This document shows, in pieces, positions 6,360-11,620 of a stretch of 11,620 bases of DNA. The position numbers were made by a program, and so were the translations under genes. The notes under the pieces are model-generated. The model was not told where the DNA came from. It worked only from the letters and a program-made list of their open reading frames with translations, and searched no databases. The first letter of the stretch is position 1. Each line of letters starts with the position of its first letter. This DNA is from an uncultured bacterium (GTDB taxonomy: Bacteria; Hydrogenedentota; Hydrogenedentia; Hydrogenedentales; JAEUWI01), in contig CAXBPH010000221.1 of NCBI GenBank assembly GCA_963977445.1, positions 1-11,620 on the forward strand. The letters are read 5' to 3'.

Positions 6360-7025
6360 ATGAATTCCCTGCGCTGGCTTCTATGTTTCAGTTGGAGCGC
6401 CCTCTTAATCCTCCCCCAGGCCGTCGCTGACGAAACACAAGAAGCCCTCGAATTTGAATTGCCGAAGGCGTATTACGGAGGTACCGTCGCCTCCTACTGG
6501 AGCCCCCATCTGGACACCCGGATCTACGTGGATCGCAAACCCCTGCTGGCCCCGAAAGGGACCGCTGTTGTCTCGCTGAATAAGCCGGTCACCTCCAGTG
6601 GTCAACCCCTTCACGGTGAACTCAGCTGGCTCAATGACGGCAACAAGGAATTCGGCAAAAGCACCCTGCTGGAACTGCCCGAAGGCAAACAGTGGGTACA
6701 GATTGACCTGGAAAACACCTACGCCATCTATGCGGTCCTCCTCTGGCATTTCCACGAAGGAGGCCGGGTCTATTTTGACGTGATCGGGCAAATTTCCGAC
6801 GACCCCGAATTCAAAACCGGGGTAACAACGATTTACAACAACGACTACGACGATTCTCTCGGACTCGGCAAAGGCACGGACAAAGAGTACATCGAAAACA
6901 GCGATGGACGGCTTTTTATCCCGGAGGATGTATCCGGCCGATACGTGCGCTTTTACAGTCGGGGCAACACGGATCACGACTTCAACAACTACGTGGAGCT
7001 CGAGGTCTGGGGCAAGAAGAAATAA
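6360..7025 (+). CDS. Secreted discoidin / F5-8 type C-like (galactose-binding fold) protein
   Basis: GGAGAG RBS; signal peptide ending AVA; SLNKPVTSS, LNDG, QWVQIDLE, GRYVRFYS and ELEVWG are hallmarks of the fold. Confidence 0.8.
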   Translation: MNSLRWLLCFSWSALLILPQAVADETQEALEFELPKAYYGGTVASYWSPHLDTRIYVDRKPLLAPKGTAVVSLNKPVTSSGQPLHGELSWLNDGNKEFGKSTLLELPEGKQWVQIDLENTYAIYAVLLWHFHEGGRVYFDVIGQISDDPEFKTGVTTIYNNDYDDSLGLGKGTDKEYIENSDGRLFIPEDVSGRYVRFYSRGNTDHDFNNYVELEVWGKKK

Positions 7026-7122
7026 AAATACGCGATGAACGTGGTTTCCGCCCAACGCAAATTTCTCCCAACACACCAAACCGACACCGCATCGCAACCC
7101 CCACAACCAGGTCAGGTTCCTA

Positions 7123-8706
7123 TTGAATAACACGCGCCGAATTTACTTCGCACTTCTTGTCGTCATGCTGACGGCCGCCGCATTTCTCCGTTTCTACGAT
7201 CTGGGCTATCGCCCCATGCATGGCGATGAAGCCAATCAGGCCATGAAGACGGGCGTGCTGCTGGAAGAAGGCACCTACGCCTATGATCCCTTCGAACACC
7301 ATGGCCCTACCCTTTACTATTTCACCCTGCCCATCCTCTGGCTGAACGGTGCCCACACCATTCAAGACGTGACGGAGCCCATGCTTCGGGTGCTGCCGGC
7401 CTTGTTTGGCCTGGGACTGGTCTGGCTTTCGTGGGTATTGGTCTCCCCCATCTCTCGAAGGGCCGGTGTCTGGGCCCTTTTGCTGACGGCCGTGTCCCAC
7501 GGGCTTGTCTATTACAGCCGCTATTATGTGCAGGAGATTTCCTTCGTATTTTTTGCGGCGGCCCTCGTCGCCTGTAGTTACCACTTTCTGCTGACGCGAC
7601 GAATCGGGTGGGCACTGGCCAGCGGTGCCATGCTTGGCTTACTCCATGCCACGAAAGAAACAAGTGTGTTGGTGGTCATCGCCATGGTTGCTGCCCTCGC
7701 CACGACACTCTTGTGGGAAAAATTCGTGGTCCGTCGTGTTATTCCGTTGACGGTAAAACCCAAGCCGCTCGTCGGTGTCCTGGCGGTCGCGGCCGGCGTC
7801 TCCGTTTTGTTTTTCTCCTCCTTTGGCACCCACTGGCGCGGCCCCCTGGACTCGCTCTTAACCTACAGCACCTATCTCAATCGCGCCGAGGGTCACGGTA
7901 GCACGGCACTCCACGAACAACCGTGGTATTACTATCTTTCGCTCCTGACCTGGACCTATCGGAGTGCGGGCCCCAAATGGAGCGAAGGCCTGATTCTGGG
8001 GCTGGCGTTGCTGGGAGGTCTGTGGTGTTTCTTGCGACCAATGCCTGCTGAGCGTAGCGACAACCCAAGCGAATCGATCGCCCCCCTGTTACTCCAACGG
8101 TTCCTCATCCTCTACACGCTCTTTCTGGTAGTGGGATTCTCCATTATCCCGTACAAGACCCCGTGGAACCTCCTGATATTCCTCCATCCACTGTGCCTGT
8201 TGGCCGGACTCGGTGCCCATCGCCTGGTAAGCGCCCCCCCGTGGAAATCGCTTCGCATTGCCATTGCCCTTGTGCTGCTTTGCGCAACTGGCCAGTTGGT
8301 CCAACAAACCTGGCGAGGCATTTTCACCTACAGCGCCGACACGCGAAATCCATACGTCTACGCCCACACCAGCACGGCCATCCGGCGCCTGACAGAGCGG
8401 GTGGAAGCGATTGCCGCGGTACATCCCCAGGGCAACGCCATCCACATCAATGTCTTCCGTTTCGACGGAGACTACTGGCCCCTGCCCTGGTACTTCCGGA
8501 ATTATCCGAATGTAGGCTACTGGCCAAACTTTGGCGAATCATGCGATGCGGATATTGTACTCACCAGCCCCGAAATTGCCCCGGCACTACAGCCACGCCT
8601 GAAAAATGAATACCAAATAGAAATGAACGCCCTGCGCCCGAGTGTGTTGATGCCCACCTTCATTCGCAAGGACCTGTGGAACGAATTCATGAAATCGAGG
8701 AAATGA
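7123..8706 (+). CDS. TIGR03663-like (Agl23-like) polytopic membrane protein, GT-C/PMT-type glycosyltransferase fold
   Basis: LRFYDLGYRPMHGDEA (DE motif in the first external loop), YAYDPFEHHGPTLYY, YYSRY, ATKE, YKTPW, WPLPWYFR; many TM segments; TTG start (ATG 7165 is an alternative). Confidence 0.82.
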   Translation: MNNTRRIYFALLVVMLTAAAFLRFYDLGYRPMHGDEANQAMKTGVLLEEGTYAYDPFEHHGPTLYYFTLPILWLNGAHTIQDVTEPMLRVLPALFGLGLVWLSWVLVSPISRRAGVWALLLTAVSHGLVYYSRYYVQEISFVFFAAALVACSYHFLLTRRIGWALASGAMLGLLHATKETSVLVVIAMVAALATTLLWEKFVVRRVIPLTVKPKPLVGVLAVAAGVSVLFFSSFGTHWRGPLDSLLTYSTYLNRAEGHGSTALHEQPWYYYLSLLTWTYRSAGPKWSEGLILGLALLGGLWCFLRPMPAERSDNPSESIAPLLLQRFLILYTLFLVVGFSIIPYKTPWNLLIFLHPLCLLAGLGAHRLVSAPPWKSLRIAIALVLLCATGQLVQQTWRGIFTYSADTRNPYVYAHTSTAIRRLTERVEAIAAVHPQGNAIHINVFRFDGDYWPLPWYFRNYPNVGYWPNFGESCDADIVLTSPEIAPALQPRLKNEYQIEMNALRPSVLMPTFIRKDLWNEFMKSRK

Positions 8707-8930
8707 CGATCAGAGTTCCTCACTGATACCATAGCCCTCTCGCCACACTTCGCCAATACGCTTCATCCCTGCGTAGTGCGGACAATGGAGGGTCGTTTTT
8801 CCGAGAATTGGGCCCCTTCCGCACCTCACCTGCGAATCCTGACGTCTCTCCTTCGGGTCTAAGTCTGGATGAGGGTGCTTGCGTTATGATCGTGTAAACT
8901 AATCCAAACACGAATCTAACCTTCCCCCTA

Positions 8931-8960
8931 TGGAAACCTCTTCCGGCCGAGTGCTATAGT
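8931..8960 (+). promoter_or_regulatory. Putative promoter (extended -10) for the beta-propeller operon
   Basis: TGcTATAGT at 8952-8960, 40 nt before ATG 9001; weak -35 TGGAAA at 8931-8936; GAGGG RBS at 8989-8993. Confidence 0.4.
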
Positions 8961-9000
8961 CCCTCTGCGCAAGATAAGTCTTTACCATGAGGGTTTTCCC

Positions 9001-10437
9001 ATGTCATTTTGGCACCGCTGCATGCGTTTTGTACCATGCACTTCCCTGATGCTGGCCGCCTCGGTGGCCGTGTCCCCGACCCATGCCGACTGGCCCACCT
9101 ACCGCCATGATATCGCCCGTTCGGGAATCGCAAGTGATCCACTGGGCACGGACTTGAAGGAAGTATGGGTATACCATGCTGCCCACGCCCCCAATCCGGC
9201 CTGGCCCGGCCCCGCCCGTCGGGATGGCTGGCACAAGTCCGACCCCCTCAAAGCCCGCATGATTTTTGATTGGGCCTTTCATGTCGTCATCGATGAACAG
9301 AAGTTCTATTTTGGTTCTTCGGCCGATGACAAGATTTATGCCATCGATTTGGCCACAGGACAAGAAGACTGGACCTTCTTCACCGGGGGGCCAGTCCGTC
9401 TCGCGCCAACCGTGAGCGGTGGCAAGGTATACGCCGGCTCCGACGATGGACGGGTCTATTGCCTGGACAGTGCGACGGGCACTGAAGTCTGGCGCCATCA
9501 GGTGGCCCCAGACAGCTACCTCCTTCCCGGAAATTCCCGGGTAATTTCTATCTCGCCGGTCCGGACGGGGGTATTGGTCGACAAGGGCATGGCCTATTTC
9601 GGCAGTGGCGTGTTTACCTTTGAAGGAGCCTACCTCTGCGCTGCAGACGCCGAAACCGGCACGCCCATCTGGAAAAAGAAAATCAACAATACGGCCCAGG
9701 GCTATATGTTGGCTTCGGACGACAGTCTCTACGTGGCCCGTGCCCGGGTAAATCCATTGGTGCTCAGCCGCGATGGGGGTGACGTAAAGTACAGCCATTC
9801 CGGTGGCGGTGGCAGTTTCTCGGTTCTCGTCGACGACTACCTCTTTTACGGACCCGGCAGGACGGGCCAGATCGAAGCGGCCCGCTCGGACAAGAGTCGC
9901 CAACTCGTTACCTTCCAGGGCAATGTGCTCGTGGTGGATGGACCCACGGCCTATATGCAGTCCGATACGGAATTGCAGAGTCTCGATCGGGGCACCTATC
10001 TGGCCTTGGCAGAGGAGCGCAAACTGATCGACATGAAAAAAGACATGGCCAAGCAGAAATTGAAGACCCTCAAGAGAAAGGCCGAGCAGACTGAAGACGA
10101 CAAAGCCGAAATGGACAAACTCGTCGTAGAGATTGAAGATTTCGACAAAGAAATGGCGCCTTTTTCCGAAAAAATGGAGGCGTGTATGCGCTGGAAGGTA
10201 CCAAGTACCTATCCCTACTCCCTCATTCTCGCAGGAGAGCGTCTTTATGCCGGGGGACAAGACAAAGTCGCGGGGATTAACCCAGACAACGGCGACGTCA
10301 CCTGGACCGCCCCGGTAGACGGGCGCGCCCTGGAAATGGCCAGTGCCAATGGTTACCTCCTCGTCAGCACGGACAAAGGCATCATTCACTGTTTTAAGAG
10401 TGACCCGCCCACCGTGGCCCAGCTCCCTCAGCAATAG
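9001..10437 (+). CDS. Secreted PQQ-binding-like / BamB-like beta-propeller repeat protein
   Basis: Signal peptide followed by ADWPTYRHDIARSG; repeated blades YFGSSADDKIYAIDLATGQEDW, YAGSDDGRVYCLDSATGTEVW, ADAETGTPIW, INPDNGDVTW. Confidence 0.9.
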   Translation: MSFWHRCMRFVPCTSLMLAASVAVSPTHADWPTYRHDIARSGIASDPLGTDLKEVWVYHAAHAPNPAWPGPARRDGWHKSDPLKARMIFDWAFHVVIDEQKFYFGSSADDKIYAIDLATGQEDWTFFTGGPVRLAPTVSGGKVYAGSDDGRVYCLDSATGTEVWRHQVAPDSYLLPGNSRVISISPVRTGVLVDKGMAYFGSGVFTFEGAYLCAADAETGTPIWKKKINNTAQGYMLASDDSLYVARARVNPLVLSRDGGDVKYSHSGGGGSFSVLVDDYLFYGPGRTGQIEAARSDKSRQLVTFQGNVLVVDGPTAYMQSDTELQSLDRGTYLALAEERKLIDMKKDMAKQKLKTLKRKAEQTEDDKAEMDKLVVEIEDFDKEMAPFSEKMEACMRWKVPSTYPYSLILAGERLYAGGQDKVAGINPDNGDVTWTAPVDGRALEMASANGYLLVSTDKGIIHCFKSDPPTVAQLPQQ

Positions 10438-10482
10438 TCGGAACGCTACCGTCCAACGTTTCCCAACCAACGAGTAACGACG

Positions 10483-11620
10483 ATGAAAAAAACGCTCTCA
10501 CTACTGATTCTACTGTCGGCCAGCCTGGCATCCGCCCAGTCCGAAGACCATCGTGTGGCCCACTGGCGCTTTGACGAAGGGGCCCTCACCGACGGCCATT
10601 TTGTGGAAACCATCCACGGGGCCCACGCCAATCTCGACGGGCCTACGGCCTTTGGCGGCACGGGTAAAGAAAAAGCCGCCCTCATCGACCGAAGCGATAC
10701 CAAACTGACAGTAGCACCCGAGAACCTCTCGGCTATCTTGCCCCAGGAGGCCATGACGGTGTCGGTCTGGCTTTCCATTGAGCGTACCGTGGAATGGGCC
10801 GACATGCTCAACGCGGCACAAAATAACGGCGGCCTGCAAAAAGGTTGGGCCCTCGGATTCCGCCAGTCGAATTTCAGCTTTGGCCTGAGCACGGCCGGGG
10901 CCGACGATGGCGATGGCAATATGACCTATGCCCGCTCTCTGAATTCCCTCGAATGGGGACGGTGGTATAACGTGGTTGGCACCTACGACGGCACGACCCA
11001 GTGTCTCTACGTCAACGGCGAACTCGCGGCGGAGGAAACGGTACAAAGTGGTGCCATCCTTTATCCCGACGCGCCTACCCTGGCATTCGGCGAAGGCACC
11101 GATGGCGGTTGGCGGGGCTGGATGTATGAGAGCACCATCTACGACCGCGCCTTGAGTGCGGAAGAAGTGGTCGACCTCTACGGGAAAAAGCAACCCCAGT
11201 TCCCCACGAACCTCCACGTAGAAGTAGGCCCCTATCTCCAGCGGGTGGACGAAAACCGCGTCCGCATCGCCTGGGAAACAAGTACGCCGTCCTCCTCGAC
11301 ATTGCTCTGGGGAGACCACCTGCCCCTTTCCGTCTCTCAGCAGTCGGACGAAAAACGAAAGCAACACACGGTATTTGTCGATGGACTCGAGCCCGAGACA
11401 ATCTACTGGTATCGCGTCGCCTTTGAGGACGAGCGTGGCGAAACACAGTACACCCGGGTACACGAGTTTGATTCGACCTTCGACTACACGCCCGTTCGCG
11501 TTACCGCCAAGCCCTTCCCCTATGCGGACGATGCCGAGCGGGAACGGTTTTCCACCCTTGCAGAAACAATTCTGTCCGAAACCGGCATCACCAGCGGCTA
11601 TGCCCTCGTTGTGGGCGCCG
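10483..11620 (+). CDS. Secreted multidomain protein: LamG-like jellyroll + FN3/purple-acid-phosphatase-N-like domain + probable start of a class I SAM-methyltransferase-like domain (truncated by the window edge)
   Basis: Manual translation from ATG 10483: MKKTLSLLILLSASLASAQ (signal peptide); VAHWRFDEG, MTVSVW, GRWYNVVGTYDG...LYVNGE, IYDRALSAEEV (LamG); GPYLQ..IAWET, HTVFVDGLEPETIYWYRV (FN3-like); AETILSETGITSGYALVVGA at the edge. Confidence 0.88.
   Translation, partial: MKKTLSLLILLSASLASAQSEDHRVAHWRFDEGALTDGHFVETIHGAHANLDGPTAFGGTGKEKAALIDRSDTKLTVAPENLSAILPQEAMTVSVWLSIERTVEWADMLNAAQNNGGLQKGWALGFRQSNFSFGLSTAGADDGDGNMTYARSLNSLEWGRWYNVVGTYDGTTQCLYVNGELAAEETVQSGAILYPDAPTLAFGEGTDGGWRGWMYESTIYDRALSAEEVVDLYGKKQPQFPTNLHVEVGPYLQRVDENRVRIAWETSTPSSSTLLWGDHLPLSVSQQSDEKRKQHTVFVDGLEPETIYWYRVAFEDERGETQYTRVHEFDSTFDYTPVRVTAKPFPYADDAERERFSTLAETILSETGITSGYALVVGA

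Noticed and set aside
7032..7095. Weak hairpin GCGATG/CATCGC and CCCAAC repeats between the discoidin and GT-C genes
   Set aside because: Short stems, large loop and no U-tract; compatible with chance.
9004..10470. 488-aa minus-strand ORF
   Set aside because: Antisense shadow of the PQQ-like gene; no motifs; expected from GC-rich codon bias.
10510..11463. 317-aa minus-strand ORF
   Set aside because: Antisense to the LamG/FN3 gene starting at 10483, which has clear domain motifs.

Overview
GC-rich bacterial chromosomal window. The gene content resembles PVC or Candidatus Hydrogenedentes genomes, but that is inference only. From left to right: 5' part of radA/sms (minus strand, runs off the left edge, absent from the ORF track), overlapped by a secreted YigE/DUF2233 phosphodiester-glycosidase-family gene; divergent lysA; a transglutaminase-like gene converging on a PhyH-family dioxygenase; a ~0.9 kb segment (about 4790-5720) with no convincing protein that is densely tiled by inverted repeats; a small orphan membrane ORF, possibly frameshifted; then a plus-strand run of cell-surface genes (discoidin-like secreted protein, TIGR03663-like GT-C membrane protein, PQQ/BamB-like beta-propeller, and a LamG-FN3-methyltransferase-like protein that runs off the right edge and is also absent from the ORF track). 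The most unusual feature is the 4790-5720 segment. It has two long rod-like palindromes sharing a 13-nt motif, abutting multi-branch helices and a long-range 16-nt complement. It is a candidate large structured ncRNA or a cluster of MITE/REP-like elements. All pairings were found by eye; no folding or database search was run.
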